Program-made: the position numbers and the translations under genes
Shown here: in pieces, positions 54,853-64,000 of the stretch
Numbering within the stretch: the stretch's first letter is position 1
Layout of the letters: every line of letters begins with the position of its first letter
Assembly (NCBI GenBank): GCA_036404475.1
Contig: DASWZL010000107.1
Location: 77,001 to 141,000 of the forward strand
DNA from: Thermoplasmata archaeon
GTDB lineage: Archaea; Thermoplasmatota; Thermoplasmata; Lutacidiplasmatales; UBA184
Length of the DNA: 64,000 nucleotides
Reading direction: 5' to 3'
The notes under the pieces: generated by a model
What the model saw: only the letters and a program-made list of their open reading frames with translations
Told to the model about the DNA's origin: nothing
Database searches by the model: none

Positions 54853-56537
54853 TGCTGCAGCGGCGCGAAGTACTCGAGGAGCCCTCTCGAGTCCATCCGA
54901 CGGTCTCCCGTCAACGTCTCGAGGGCCTCGGGCCACTCGCGGCTCGTTCCCATCTCAAGGGTCGCCCCGAGCCGCCGACCCGCCTCCTTCGAGCCGTAGA
55001 TCGACGCCCGGTGGAGCGGTCCAGAGACGCCGGCCTCCTGGGCGAGCGCCCGGTGGAACTGGAACTGGAGGATGTGCGCGAGGAAGTAGCGCATATACGG
55101 GACATTCGCCGGGACGTGGAACTTGGCCCCCGGGTCGAACTCCTCGTCGCCGCGCGGACCCGGCGGGGCGACGCCCTGGTAGCGGCGACGCATCGCCCAC
55201 CACGTCGAGTTGTACTCCGAAGGGGGGATCTCCCCCGAGAAGACGTCCCATCGCCACTTGTCGACGACGAGACCGAAGGGGAGGAAGGCCACTTTCTCGA
55301 GCGCCCTCCGCAGGAGGAGCCCGATGTCCCCGCCCGGGCCGGTCGGCCGGTCGAGGAGGCCGATCTGGGCCAGGTACTCCGGGGTCACCGAGAGGGCGAT
55401 AGTGTCCCCGATCGCTTCGTGGAACCCGTCGTGGGCGCTGTCGCGGAACAGGAACGGCTGTCGGGCGTACGCCCGTTGGTAGTAGTTGTGGCCCAGCTCG
55501 TGGTGGACGGTCATCAGATCCTCGCCGGTGACCTCGATGCACATCTTGAGCCGAAGGTCGTCGACGCAATCGACGTCCCACGCGCTCGCGTGGCACACGA
55601 CCTCGCGGTCGCGCGGTCGGACGAACATCGACCGCTCCCAGAACGTCGCGGGGAGCGGGTCGAACCCGAGGGAGATGAAGAACCGCTCGGCCACCCGTAC
55701 CATGTCGGTCGGGGAGAGACCCCGCTGGACGAGGATGGGCGTCAGGTCCGGGTCCGGTGGGGTCGATGGGGGAGCGAGGAGCGGGAGCGTCCCCTCCCAC
55801 GATTGCGCCCACATGTTCCCGAGCAGGTGCATCGGGATCGGTCCCTGCGCCGGCACCCGGTCCTCACCGTAGTGCTCTCGCAGTCGTCGTCGGACGTAGG
55901 CGTGGAGGGCCCGATAGAGCGGTTCCACCTCCGACCACAGTCGGTCGACCTCTCGGGAGAACGCGGCGGGTTCCATGTCGTACTTGGAGCGCCACATCGC
56001 CCCCGTGTCCGCAAACCCGAGCTCGGCCGCGCCGCGGTTCGCGAGCTCCACGTACCGGACGAAGTCGGGGCGGATGGCCCGACCGACCCCATGCCATCCT
56101 TCCCAGATCTCCTGCAGGAGCGATGCGTCCCGGCTCTCGCTGAGGACCCGCGAGAGACCCTGAAGGTCGAGCGGCTCCGCCATGGCCCGCGGAGCGTAGC
56201 GGCCTTTCGCGTAGGTCCCCCGCATCGCCGTTACCCGGCGGGAAAGCTCCTCGGACTCGGTGGGGTCCGAGGGAGCGACCAACGGAAGCGTCAGCCGCAA
56301 CAGCTTGACCTTCCTCGCGTCAGTGGCCGAGAGGTCCGCCGTCGAGAAGCCCGTCGATTCCTTCGCGAGCTCGACGGTCGCTCCGATCAGACGGGAGTAC
56401 GCTCGAGCGGCGAGAAGCTCGCTATCGGGCGTGATGTAGGTGTCGTAGACCCAGTCCGCCTTCTGGGACTCCACGGTGAGGTCGAGGAGGCGGGTCTCCG
56501 CTCTCAGCAGGAACTCCCCCATCTCCGGCGCCGCCAT
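54810..56537 (-). CDS. Peptidyl-dipeptidase A-like (angiotensin-converting-enzyme family, MEROPS M2) zinc metallopeptidase
   Basis: 'VHHELGHNYYQRAY' (HExxH), 'FHEAIGDTIALSV' (the third zinc-ligand Glu, conserved as GFHEAIGD in ACE) and 'WWAMRRRYQGVAPP' (the ACE WWxLRxKYQGxCPP block). Confidence 0.75.
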   Translation of the reverse strand: MAAPEMGEFLLRAETRLLDLTVESQKADWVYDTYITPDSELLAARAYSRLIGATVELAKESTGFSTADLSATDARKVKLLRLTLPLVAPSDPTESEELSRRVTAMRGTYAKGRYAPRAMAEPLDLQGLSRVLSESRDASLLQEIWEGWHGVGRAIRPDFVRYVELANRGAAELGFADTGAMWRSKYDMEPAAFSREVDRLWSEVEPLYRALHAYVRRRLREHYGEDRVPAQGPIPMHLLGNMWAQSWEGTLPLLAPPSTPPDPDLTPILVQRGLSPTDMVRVAERFFISLGFDPLPATFWERSMFVRPRDREVVCHASAWDVDCVDDLRLKMCIEVTGEDLMTVHHELGHNYYQRAYARQPFLFRDSAHDGFHEAIGDTIALSVTPEYLAQIGLLDRPTGPGGDIGLLLRRALEKVAFLPFGLVVDKWRWDVFSGEIPPSEYNSTWWAMRRRYQGVAPPGPRGDEEFDPGAKFHVPANVPYMRYFLAHILQFQFHRALAQEAGVSGPLHRASIYGSKEAGRRLGATLEMGTSREWPEALETLTGDRRMDSRGLLEYFAPLQQWLDEQNRTSPVGW

Positions 56538-57116
56538 CGTCCTCCCTAACGCGACGGTGGGCTCAACGACCTCGCCTTTAAGAAGGGGTACCGAAAGCCG
56601 CCCTCGGACCATAATCGGTCCGCCCGATGTCCGCCACGCATTTACGTCAGGGCGACGGTCTAGACCCCTTCGTTTCCAGTCGAACTTTCAGCTTTATGTA
56701 CGACGTGCGTCTGACGCTTCTCTGCGGACGTGTCCGACAACCCAGACGGCCGGGCCATTCTCGCCTCGCTGCCCGCGCATTTCGGACCGACGAGCAATGA
56801 CGTCGATGTTCCCCTTGCGGTCCTCCCCTGTCTGGCCCTCGGCACTGTTCTCGTCGCGCGCGAGGGGATCTGGGTCGCATGAGCGGCGCGATCCGTAAGA
56901 CGCCTCCGTCTCCGCCCGAACCGTCGGTCGAAATCACGTCGCGCCACGTCTTCCTCGGCCAGGGAGAGCCGCGAGGGTACGGGGTACGGCCCAAGCTCAC
57001 CCCGGAAGCGGCCGCGGCCTTCGCCACGTACGTCGACCCGGCGCGGGCTCGCGCGGCGATGGAAGGCCGTACGCTCGTCTACACCGTGCGCTGGGGCTAG
57101 GTAAGGCGTCGGCGGT

Positions 57117-57659
57117 TCAGCGCGCGTCGGTCCCCGGGTCCTCGTCCACGACCGCGAACGCGCGGACGGGGCGGTGCCGCTTCGCGTCGTCCCAGGCGTC
57201 CTCGACCGCACGCTTCGAGAGCGCATCGGCCACCGTGTTCTCCTCCCGGGGCACCCAGCGGAACTCGACCTTTCGGAAGGAACGGACGAGCTGGCCCAGC
57301 CGGTCGTGGTAGGCCTTCAGGTGCTCCGCCCGGACCTCGTACTCACCGTTCATCTGGCGGACCACGAGCTGGCTGTCCCCCTCGACGACGACCTCATCGG
57401 AGTAGCCGATCGAACGGAGTTGTTCGAGGGCTCGGATCGCGCCGACGTACTCGGCGACGTTGTTGGTAGAGTGTGGCGAGTACGGCCGTGTCGCGAGCCC
57501 GCACTCCTCGAACCGGAGCCCGGGACCCTCGATCACGAAACCCCATCCTGCGACGCCTCCGCCGCCCGGAGGCTGACACGACCCGTCAAAATGGACCCGC
57601 ACCGGGGTGGACGCGTCCGGTAGGGCGATCCCCCGGGGAAGGATGCGATCGTCGGCCAC
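57117..57659 (-). CDS. rnhA: Ribonuclease HI
   Basis: 'VHFDGSCQ' (first catalytic Asp), 'NNVAEYVGAIRALE' (Glu), 'VVVEGDSQLVVRQM' (Asp) and 'VPREENTVADALS' (C-terminal Asp). GTG start at 57659 chosen. Confidence 0.7.
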   Translation of the reverse strand: MADDRILPRGIALPDASTPVRVHFDGSCQPPGGGGVAGWGFVIEGPGLRFEECGLATRPYSPHSTNNVAEYVGAIRALEQLRSIGYSDEVVVEGDSQLVVRQMNGEYEVRAEHLKAYHDRLGQLVRSFRKVEFRWVPREENTVADALSKRAVEDAWDDAKRHRPVRAFAVVDEDPGTDAR

Positions 57660-57664
57660 GGTCG

Positions 57665-58180
57665 TCACCGCCTCCGGGACGATGGCACGTTGGAACGGGA
57701 GCTCGGGGTGGGGCGTGCGAGCAACGGGCAGTTGCAGAACGCCTCCGCCCGGCCGCACGTCGGGCACGTCACCCGGTCGGTCACCATCCCGAGCGGCCGG
57801 CCGCAGTTCCGGCAGTCGCGGGCCCGAGCGCATCGGGGGCACTGGGCCAGGTCGGAAGTGATCACCGTTCGACAGTACCGACAGTCCGCGGGCTCGTGCG
57901 GGTTGAAGAGCCGTCGGGCCCTGGGTTCGACCGCGGGAGCGCGGGCCGGTCGCTCGAGGTCGGCATAGGGGTTGCCGAACGCCCCGGCGACGGTCGTACG
58001 AGTTGGGTCTTGAGCGAGGGCTCCGAGCATCACGACCACGAGGCCGACGGGGGCGACGAGGAACCCGAGCTCCTGCTCGAGGTCGAGCTGCTCTCCGCCC
58101 GTGAACGCGATCGGGTAGGCGACGAGGGCGAACCCGAGACCGATGAGGAGGACGCCGATGTAAACGATCGACCGGTTCAT
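57665..58180 (-). CDS. Hypothetical membrane protein with C-terminal Cys-rich zinc-ribbon repeats
   Basis: Two TM helices ('[22 protein letters not shown]', '[16 protein letters not shown]'), then '[52 protein letters not shown]' with 12 Cys. Confidence 0.4.
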   Translation of the reverse strand: MNRSIVYIGVLLIGLGFALVAYPIAFTGGEQLDLEQELGFLVAPVGLVVVMLGALAQDPTRTTVAGAFGNPYADLERPARAPAVEPRARRLFNPHEPADCRYCRTVITSDLAQCPRCARARDCRNCGRPLGMVTDRVTCPTCGRAEAFCNCPLLARPTPSSRSNVPSSRRR

Positions 58181-58290
58181 TCGACCCGCCGGTGGGCCCC
58201 TCCCGCCCCTGGCGTCGAGGACGGCCGACCTTCCACTTAAACCGGACGGCCGGAGGTCTCGCTTTTCATCTCGAGGGTTGTCCCACGGGT

Positions 58291-58761
58291 ATGGCGCAGC
58301 CGTCGGCGACCCTTCGCACGACCTTGGGAGACATCCGCATCGACCTTTTCCGCGACCGCGCTCCCAAGACGGTCGAGAACTTCGTGACGCTCGTTCGGAA
58401 GGGGTTCTACAACGGACTCGCCTTCCACCGCGTCATCCCCGGGTTCATGATCCAGGGGGGATGCCCGAAGGGCGACGGGACGGGCGGCCCGGGGTACACG
58501 ATCCCCGACGAGTTCGACCCCACGCTGCGGCACGACGGCCCGGGGGTCCTCTCGATGGCGAACGCCGGCCCCAACACCGGCGGGAGCCAGTTCTTCATCA
58601 CCCTGGCCGCGACCCCCTGGCTCGACCGCAAGCATGCCGTGTTCGGCAAGGTCCGCTCCGGCCAGGACGTGGTGGAGAAGATCGCGGCGGTCCCGCGGGA
58701 CGCGCACGACCGACCGCGGACGCCCGTCCGCATCGTCGAAGCGACGGTCGCGGGAGCGTAG
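58291..58761 (+). CDS. ppiB: Peptidyl-prolyl cis-trans isomerase, cyclophilin type
   Basis: '[15 protein letters not shown]', '[18 protein letters not shown]' and 'HAVFGKV'. Confidence 0.85.
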   Translation: MAQPSATLRTTLGDIRIDLFRDRAPKTVENFVTLVRKGFYNGLAFHRVIPGFMIQGGCPKGDGTGGPGYTIPDEFDPTLRHDGPGVLSMANAGPNTGGSQFFITLAATPWLDRKHAVFGKVRSGQDVVEKIAAVPRDAHDRPRTPVRIVEATVAGA

Positions 58762-58772
58762 GCGTAGCCCGG

Positions 58773-59273
58773 TCACGCCGGGAAGTCGAACGGTAAGCGT
58801 TCCTTCGGCGACCGTGCGTCCTCGAAGGTGATGAGGAGCCCCACGACGATCCCGATCGCCGGCACGACCATCGCCAGCTCGAGGAACATCGAATACCCCG
58901 CCGCGACAGACGCCGACCCGCCGGGGATGACGAGCCGGTAGGGCGAGAGCGTGAGCGCGTAGAGTAGGTAGAGAAGCGCCATGAGAGACACGGCGACCGA
59001 CAGCGGCCCGTAGGCCCGGGTCGGTTTCGAGATGTATCGGGCGGTGCCGAGCGCGAGCAGGACAAGGCCCCAGGCCTCCACTTCGAAGATCGAGATTGGG
59101 AGGGCAATCCCCCGGGAATTGACGAAGGTGAGGGCGGCGACCGGCAGGGCCACCAGGAGGAAGAACGACGGGATGAGACGCAACGCGGCGACGAGGATGC
59201 GGTAGCCGAGCGACGGGATCTGGTATCCCCCGGTCTCCTGCGCCGGAACGACGACCCGCCCCGAGACGCTCAC
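58773..59273 (-). CDS. Hypothetical membrane protein (4-5 TM)
   Basis: Hydrophobic helices ('ILVAALRLIPSFFLLVALPVAALTFV', 'LMALLYLLYALTL', 'LAMVVPAIGIVVGLLITF'). Confidence 0.4.
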   Translation of the reverse strand: MSVSGRVVVPAQETGGYQIPSLGYRILVAALRLIPSFFLLVALPVAALTFVNSRGIALPISIFEVEAWGLVLLALGTARYISKPTRAYGPLSVAVSLMALLYLLYALTLSPYRLVIPGGSASVAAGYSMFLELAMVVPAIGIVVGLLITFEDARSPKERLPFDFPA

Positions 59274-60094
59274 GGGATTGCCTCCGGGGGAAGCGGGGTC
59301 GTGCCGCCCGCGCTCGAGTAGGTGGCCAGCAACTGGCCCCCGGACGGGGAACAGCCCGGGCTTAGGGTCGCGGTATCCGTATGGTCGTAGAGCGATCCCG
59401 CGGGGACGTCAAGCGGGAAGGAGCCGCCCCCGCAGTCGACGAAGTTCGACGACTCGATGACGAACGCGAGCGTTCCCACGTCGGGGGAACTCGCGTGGTC
59501 CGAGAATGTCACCACGATGGGGACGGTGATGGCCCCACCCCCGCCCGAGGGGGTTCCGACGCTGGCGTGGAAGCCCTCGAAGGGGGCTCCCCAGTAGCGC
59601 GTCTCGGAGAGCGAAACGGAGAGGGGGAACAGGTAGGCGTAGGTCGCGTTCCCCCAGGCGTTCACGGCGAGGTACTGGTCCTCGGTGAGCAGGGACTTCG
59701 TCGGGCCGGAGGCTGAGACCGGCAGGTAGAGCGCGATGGGAAAGACCCCGGTCGTGGAGGGCGCGATGTCGTTCGGTCCCACGCCGAAGGCCCCGAGGAA
59801 TACGCCCGCGCTGTTCGCGATGCGGGCGGTCAGCGTGACCCCCTGGATCGGATAGAGCCCGGGGTTCGACAGCGTGAACGACCCGGCGACCGCGACCGTT
59901 CCGTTCGACGCGAACGACGCCGACAGCGAGCGCGACTGCACGCTCGAGCGCGCGACCTCGACCGCCGAGTACGCGACCGTCCCCGCGAAGATGACGAGGG
60001 CGATCAGCACGATCGCGCTGACCCAGCGCAGCGCCCGCGCAACGCGGTAGATCGCGGGAGGTCGCCGATGCCTGGGGACGAGCAACGCGGCCAC
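59270..60094 (-). CDS. Hypothetical signal-anchored extracellular protein (274 aa)
   Basis: N-terminal TM 'WVSAIVLIALVIFAGTVAYSAV' followed by a Ser/Gly/Thr/Ala-rich domain with sequons. GTG start chosen. Confidence 0.45.
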   Translation of the reverse strand: MAALLVPRHRRPPAIYRVARALRWVSAIVLIALVIFAGTVAYSAVEVARSSVQSRSLSASFASNGTVAVAGSFTLSNPGLYPIQGVTLTARIANSAGVFLGAFGVGPNDIAPSTTGVFPIALYLPVSASGPTKSLLTEDQYLAVNAWGNATYAYLFPLSVSLSETRYWGAPFEGFHASVGTPSGGGGAITVPIVVTFSDHASSPDVGTLAFVIESSNFVDCGGGSFPLDVPAGSLYDHTDTATLSPGCSPSGGQLLATYSSAGGTTPLPPEAIP

Positions 60095-60244
60095 TCGCGA
60101 TTCCCCCCTCTGGAGACGCGCGGCCCTCCCTTGAAAACCTATCGAGCTCCGTGAAACGGGACCCCCGTCGTCCTTGCGAGCGCGGTAGCACAAAGTAGAT
60201 GTCTGAGAGCGGAGGGTGGACCCCGACCGAGGGAGCGGAGCGCG

Positions 60245-62098
60245 ATGGAGACGGAGATCCGGGACCGGCTCCGGGAATGGGCCTCCGTCCCCTCGATCAA
60301 CTTTCCGCGGCTTTCCCCGCGTCGCGAGCACGTCGGCTTCGTGTGGGATCCCGACGGGCGGGTCGAACTCTACGTCGTGGACATTCGAGGAGGCCCACCG
60401 GTGCAGGTTACCCACGGTGACCTTCCGAAATCCCCGGACCGGTTCGCGTGGGCTCCGGACGACCGTTCCGTCGTCTTCTCCAGGGACCGGGACGGGAACG
60501 AGCTCCACGACCTGTTCCGGATCGATTGCGCTACCGGGTCGGTGACGGGACTCACCCACGACCCGACGTGTCAACGGATCGCGGTTTCGTTCAGCCCCGA
60601 CGGGCGTTGGCTCCTCTACGTCTCCGACCAAGGCCTCCCGGGCGAGGAACGGCAGCTCGACCTCTGGCGGATCCCCTCGAACGGGGGCGAGGCCGAGCGC
60701 GTCGCGCATCACCGCCAGCCCGTGAACATGTGGGCCTCCCGCTACCCCTTCTCCCCGGACGGGACCCGGGTCGCCTACGCGGCCAGCGACCAGGACGACC
60801 CCCGGGATGCCGAGGTATTCCTGACCCGACCGGGCCTCGTCGGGTCCGAGCGGGTCCTATCGGTGAAGAAAGGCTCGAAGGAGATTCCGGTGACCTGGAG
60901 CCCGGACGGTCGCTCGGTAGCGGTTCAATCCGACGCGGGCGAATTCGTTCGAGCCGGTCTGCTCGACATCGCTTCCCACCAGGCGCGGTGGCTCGGCCCG
61001 GGGACCGCCGACGAAAGCCCGGTGGACTTCTCCCCGGACGGTCGGTCGTTGCTCGTGGTTCGTTCTCGGGGGGTCCGTGCCCAACCGGTCGTGTACGACC
61101 TCGCGACCGGAGCGGAACGCGTTCTCCCGGTCCACCTCGACTTCTGGGGAGAAGTGGGATTCCTTCCGGACGGCCAACGGGTCCTGGCGGTCCGAAACAA
61201 CTCAGACCGGCCCAACAGCATTGTGACATGGGATCCGGCGGGGGGCACGATCGACGAGGTCCTGCCACCGAAGTACGGCCCGATCTCCCCGAGCGAGGTA
61301 GTACCCTCCGAAGTGATCCGGTACCCGTCGTTCGACGGCCGCGAGATCGAGGCGATACTTTATCGCCCTCGTGCTCGGACGGGCTCCGGTCCGGCTCCCG
61401 CTCTTGTCGAAGTCCATGGGGGCCCGACCTGGCAGTTCTTCGACGCGTTCGACTGCCTGACGCAGTACCTGGTCTCGCTCGGCTTCGTGGTCTTGCAGCC
61501 AAACGTGCGGGGGAGCACGGGGTACGGGTCGGTGTTCCGGGACCTCAACCTCCAGGACCTCGGAGGCGGGGACTTGAAGGACGTGGCCGCGGCCGCGGAG
61601 TACCTCCGCCGACAGCCGAGCGTCGACCCCCACCGCCTGGGCATCTACGGCGTGAGCTACGGGGGCTACCTCACCTACGCTGCTCTTACCGGGAACCCTG
61701 ACCTCTGGGCCGCCGGGGTCGCGATCGCCGGTGTGACTGACTGGAAGCTCTGCTTCGAGGAGGAGATGCCGGACCTCCGCCACTACGATCTTGAGCTGAT
61801 GGGAGACCCGGTCGAGAACGCGCCGCTCTGGCATGACCGGAGTCCGGTCTACTTCGCGCACCACCTACGAGCCCCGATCCTGATGATCCACGGTCTTCAC
61901 GACCCCCGATGCCCCGTGAACCAGGCGCGTGTGTTCCGGGACGCCCTCCTCCGGCTCGGGCGGAAGGAGGGCCGCGACTTCGAGTACCTCGAGTTCTCTG
62001 ACCAGGGCCATGGGAGCGCCGACCGCGAGCAGGTCCTTCGATCCTTCCGCCCGGCGTTCGCCTTCCTTCAACGCCACCTCCTCGATCGTCCGAGGTGA
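60245..62098 (+). CDS. S9 family serine peptidase (prolyl oligopeptidase/acylaminoacyl-peptidase type) with an N-terminal beta-propeller
   Basis: Repeated 'SPDGR' propeller-blade motifs. The catalytic triad lies in the C-terminal alpha/beta-hydrolase domain: 'GVSYGGY' (nucleophile Ser), 'LMIHGLHDPRCP' (Asp) and 'GHGS' (His). Confidence 0.8.
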   Translation: METEIRDRLREWASVPSINFPRLSPRREHVGFVWDPDGRVELYVVDIRGGPPVQVTHGDLPKSPDRFAWAPDDRSVVFSRDRDGNELHDLFRIDCATGSVTGLTHDPTCQRIAVSFSPDGRWLLYVSDQGLPGEERQLDLWRIPSNGGEAERVAHHRQPVNMWASRYPFSPDGTRVAYAASDQDDPRDAEVFLTRPGLVGSERVLSVKKGSKEIPVTWSPDGRSVAVQSDAGEFVRAGLLDIASHQARWLGPGTADESPVDFSPDGRSLLVVRSRGVRAQPVVYDLATGAERVLPVHLDFWGEVGFLPDGQRVLAVRNNSDRPNSIVTWDPAGGTIDEVLPPKYGPISPSEVVPSEVIRYPSFDGREIEAILYRPRARTGSGPAPALVEVHGGPTWQFFDAFDCLTQYLVSLGFVVLQPNVRGSTGYGSVFRDLNLQDLGGGDLKDVAAAAEYLRRQPSVDPHRLGIYGVSYGGYLTYAALTGNPDLWAAGVAIAGVTDWKLCFEEEMPDLRHYDLELMGDPVENAPLWHDRSPVYFAHHLRAPILMIHGLHDPRCPVNQARVFRDALLRLGRKEGRDFEYLEFSDQGHGSADREQVLRSFRPAFAFLQRHLLDRPR

Positions 62099-62132
62099 CG
62101 ATCGGGCTGCCGAAGAGTGGGACAGCCTCCCC

Positions 62133-62411
62133 ATGGCGCAGATCCGGCTCTGGGTGAAGGCCGGCAGCACGACGGACGCTCTCGCTTGGGACCCGTGGCG
62201 TAAGCGCTGGGTGGTCTCCTGTCGTGCCCCGCCCACCGGCGGGGAAGCCAATCGGGCGGTGGCGGCCCTGATGGCGGACTGGCTTGGGCTGCCCCACTCG
62301 TCGGTCGACTGGGTCCGGGCGGGGTCGTCCCGCTCCAAAGTGCTGTCGGCCGATGGAATCACCGACGCGGAAGCGGACCGTCGGCTGCGCTTCCGCTGGC
62401 GGACCGGGTGA
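62133..62411 (+). CDS. DUF167 (YggU/UPF0235) family protein
   Basis: 92 aa. 'RWVVSCRAPPTGGEANRAVAALMADWLGL...SRSKVL' matches the conserved APPxxGxAN block. Confidence 0.6.
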   Translation: MAQIRLWVKAGSTTDALAWDPWRKRWVVSCRAPPTGGEANRAVAALMADWLGLPHSSVDWVRAGSSRSKVLSADGITDAEADRRLRFRWRTG

Positions 62412-62593
62412 TGACCATTGAGCCAGGAAACCGATGGAGAGCCGCCGGGGGGGCGAGACCGAAGGGGGCAGGAACCCAGCCGGGCCCGAATCGACCCCCA
62501 ACCCCCAGGCCGACGGAAGGGGTTCCGGCGTCCGCGAGACTCCCGATCTGACCGGGTCGGCCGCGTCCCCTCAGTAAGCCTGCCGGTTCCGGA

Positions 62594-63670
62594 CTACCGG
62601 CCGTAGGAATGGCTGTAGCCCTGGCCCCAGCCGTGGCCCCAGCCGCCGTCCCGGCAAGAGCAGCTCAACCCCGTAGAGCCACCGTGGTGGTGGTCCGGGG
62701 ACGGGGGAACCGTGGAACTACTGCCCACGGTCACCGATATCGTGTGGACGATCGCGCCGAAGGAGTCGTGGATGTGCACGATGTAATGTCCGGGAGCGAG
62801 CGGCGTCCCGTTCAAGTAGATCAGGGGCACGTAGACGATGAGGCAGTGCGTCCACCGGTGGTTAACCTGATTCTGACAGACGATCTCGGTCCCGTTCGGG
62901 TACTCGATGGAGACACCGAAAGAGGTCTTTCCCACGGCACCGGTGATCTTGGCCTCAAAGTTCGAGCCCGCGATGGCCGCCGTAGTGTTGGTCGTCTCGC
63001 CCAGACCGACGTAGGGAGCCGGCTGGAAGATGCTCGGCAAGTTCGGTGACGTGGCCGACGCGCTGGGAGAACTCCACATCGAGGAGGTGGACCCCGACGC
63101 CGTGAGGCTCCATCCCCATCGGACCGCGACGGTCGGAGTGCCCCAATGGTCCTTCTGCATCACCGCGATGCTGACGGTCGACAGGGTCGCGTTGCCGACG
63201 CCCCCGTTGAAGTTGGTGGCCGAACCAAGCGTCCCGTTCTTCGTGACGGGGCTGGACCAGCCCGACCCGTTGATGGTGACGTTCGTCGGGGCGAAGTAGA
63301 ACGCGAACTTGGTGGTGGCGTTCAGCGGGATCTTGACATACACGCTCGGGAAGTGGATGAGCGTGCCGTTGTCGGCCGACCAATAACCGAGTATCTCCAC
63401 TTGGTACGAGGCACTGATATTGGAACCGGCAGGTGCCGTGGCTTGCGGAACGCCAAGCGGTATCTGCAGGGCATCGACCGGGCCGGCCGCGCTGCAGTTA
63501 TTGGTCAACCCCCCGCCGCCTCCGCCCCCACCGCCACCGCAGGCGGCCGCAAGTCCCGACACGGCCAGCAGCGCGACGATGGCAATTCCGGCGGTGGTGC
63601 TACCAAAGGGCAGTCGGAAGGGCTTCCGCACGGCGGACGCCTGGGTCAAGTTTGCATCCCGGGTCTTCAT
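62594..63670 (-). CDS. Secreted protein with a signal peptide ending in Cys, followed by a Gly10 linker and a His/Gly/Trp-rich C-terminus (possible lipoprotein or metal-binding protein)
   Basis: 'TAGIAIVALLAVSGLAAACGGGGGGGGGGLTNN', many sequons, and the C-terminus 'PDHHHGGSTGLSCSCRDGGWGHGWGQGYSHSYGR'. Confidence 0.5.
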   Translation of the reverse strand: MKTRDANLTQASAVRKPFRLPFGSTTAGIAIVALLAVSGLAAACGGGGGGGGGGLTNNCSAAGPVDALQIPLGVPQATAPAGSNISASYQVEILGYWSADNGTLIHFPSVYVKIPLNATTKFAFYFAPTNVTINGSGWSSPVTKNGTLGSATNFNGGVGNATLSTVSIAVMQKDHWGTPTVAVRWGWSLTASGSTSSMWSSPSASATSPNLPSIFQPAPYVGLGETTNTTAAIAGSNFEAKITGAVGKTSFGVSIEYPNGTEIVCQNQVNHRWTHCLIVYVPLIYLNGTPLAPGHYIVHIHDSFGAIVHTISVTVGSSSTVPPSPDHHHGGSTGLSCSCRDGGWGHGWGQGYSHSYGR

Positions 63671-63832
63671 AGAGGCTCCGTAAGGAGGGATGAGGGTGAC
63701 GTATAACTCAAGATTAAGGTATCGCCCATGCGCATTCATGCGGAGCGCGCCCTGTTTGCCGTGCTCGAAAGGAATCGATCCCGGCGTTCCGAAAGGAGTG
63801 CCTTTCGGGCGGTCGCCCGGGCGTGACGCGAC

Positions 63833-64000
63833 TCACTTCGCCAGTTGATTGATCTCTCGGGTGCTCAGCAGCGCCTTGGGCGCGCCATGCTGGGCGGTGT
63901 GGATCATCGCGCGTCCCACCTTTTCCGTGGTCGTGATCGAGTTCGGTGCGACGGCGGCCGCCAGGAGCACGAACGGTGCCAACACGGTGTAGAGCACTCG
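63833..64000 (-). CDS. 3' end of an unidentified gene, truncated by the window edge
   Basis: Reverse-strand reading frame ends '...NSITTTEKVGRAMIHTAQHGAPKALLSTREINQLAK*' and continues beyond the window. Family not recognised. Confidence 0.3.
   Translation of the reverse strand, partial: RVLYTVLAPFVLLAAAVAPNSITTTEKVGRAMIHTAQHGAPKALLSTREINQLAK

Noticed and set aside
63478-63545. Run of ccgccgcc/ccaccgcc repeats (poly-Gly coding) considered as a simple-sequence repeat or CRISPR-like element
   Set aside because: It lies in-frame inside a secreted-protein gene and encodes a Gly10 linker. There is no spacer-repeat periodicity, and no CRISPR arrays were seen anywhere in the window.

Overview
This window is a high-GC (~65%) stretch of prokaryotic chromosome that I infer to be archaeal. 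The evidence for archaeal origin is indirect: the tRNA-Ala has no encoded CCA, the NMN adenylyltransferase is the archaeal type (GRFNPPHQGH motif), there is an HTH_10 (bat-type) regulator, and several very large surface proteins end in a C-terminal TM anchor plus Pro-rich tail. Because of the GC content the six-frame track is full of long spurious ORFs on the opposite strand or in alternative frames. I kept an ORF only where it has a recognisable fold or motif, a consistent strand context, or a paralogue in the window.

Content is mostly housekeeping and metabolic genes:
- Nucleotide and cofactor metabolism: thymidylate kinase, GTP cyclohydrolase II, MoaA, NMNAT, heme O synthase, MsrA, cyclophilin, RNase HI, AsnA-type asparagine synthetase.
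- Peptide uptake and degradation: a family-5 solute-binding protein, a DUF885 protein, an ACE-like M2 peptidase, an S9 peptidase.
- Transport: two ABC systems, a DMT transporter, a LysE translocator.
- Stress and redox: OsmC, CBS, a quinone oxidoreductase, two VOC proteins, a small CDGSH protein.
- Many membrane or secreted proteins of unknown function.

Items worth a second look:
1. tRNA-Ala(CGC) whose 3' end plus downstream flank recurs as a ~55-nt direct repeat 1.9 kb away. The pair brackets a pyruvate kinase gene that lacks its C-terminal domain, which looks like an att-type integration footprint.
2. A ~1000-aa fusion of an NDP-forming acyl-CoA synthetase (alpha+beta) with a C-terminal GNAT domain, i.e. 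the bacterial Pat protein-acetyltransferase architecture.
3. An angiotensin-converting-enzyme-like M2 peptidase.
4. A truncated IS630-family transposase remnant inside a low-GC patch.
5. Two ~55%-identical 7-TM paralogues 30 kb apart, one of them next to a 14-TM protein and heme O synthase.
6. A 1326-aa beta-helix surface glycoprotein and a 938-aa solute-binding protein that share an unusual C-terminal 'TM helix - RRRR - Pro-rich tail' module.
7. A 58-aa CDGSH iron-sulfur ORF that falls below the track's length cutoff.

No CRISPR array, rRNA or clear defence system was seen. I found no single obvious novel system; the candidates above are the best leads.
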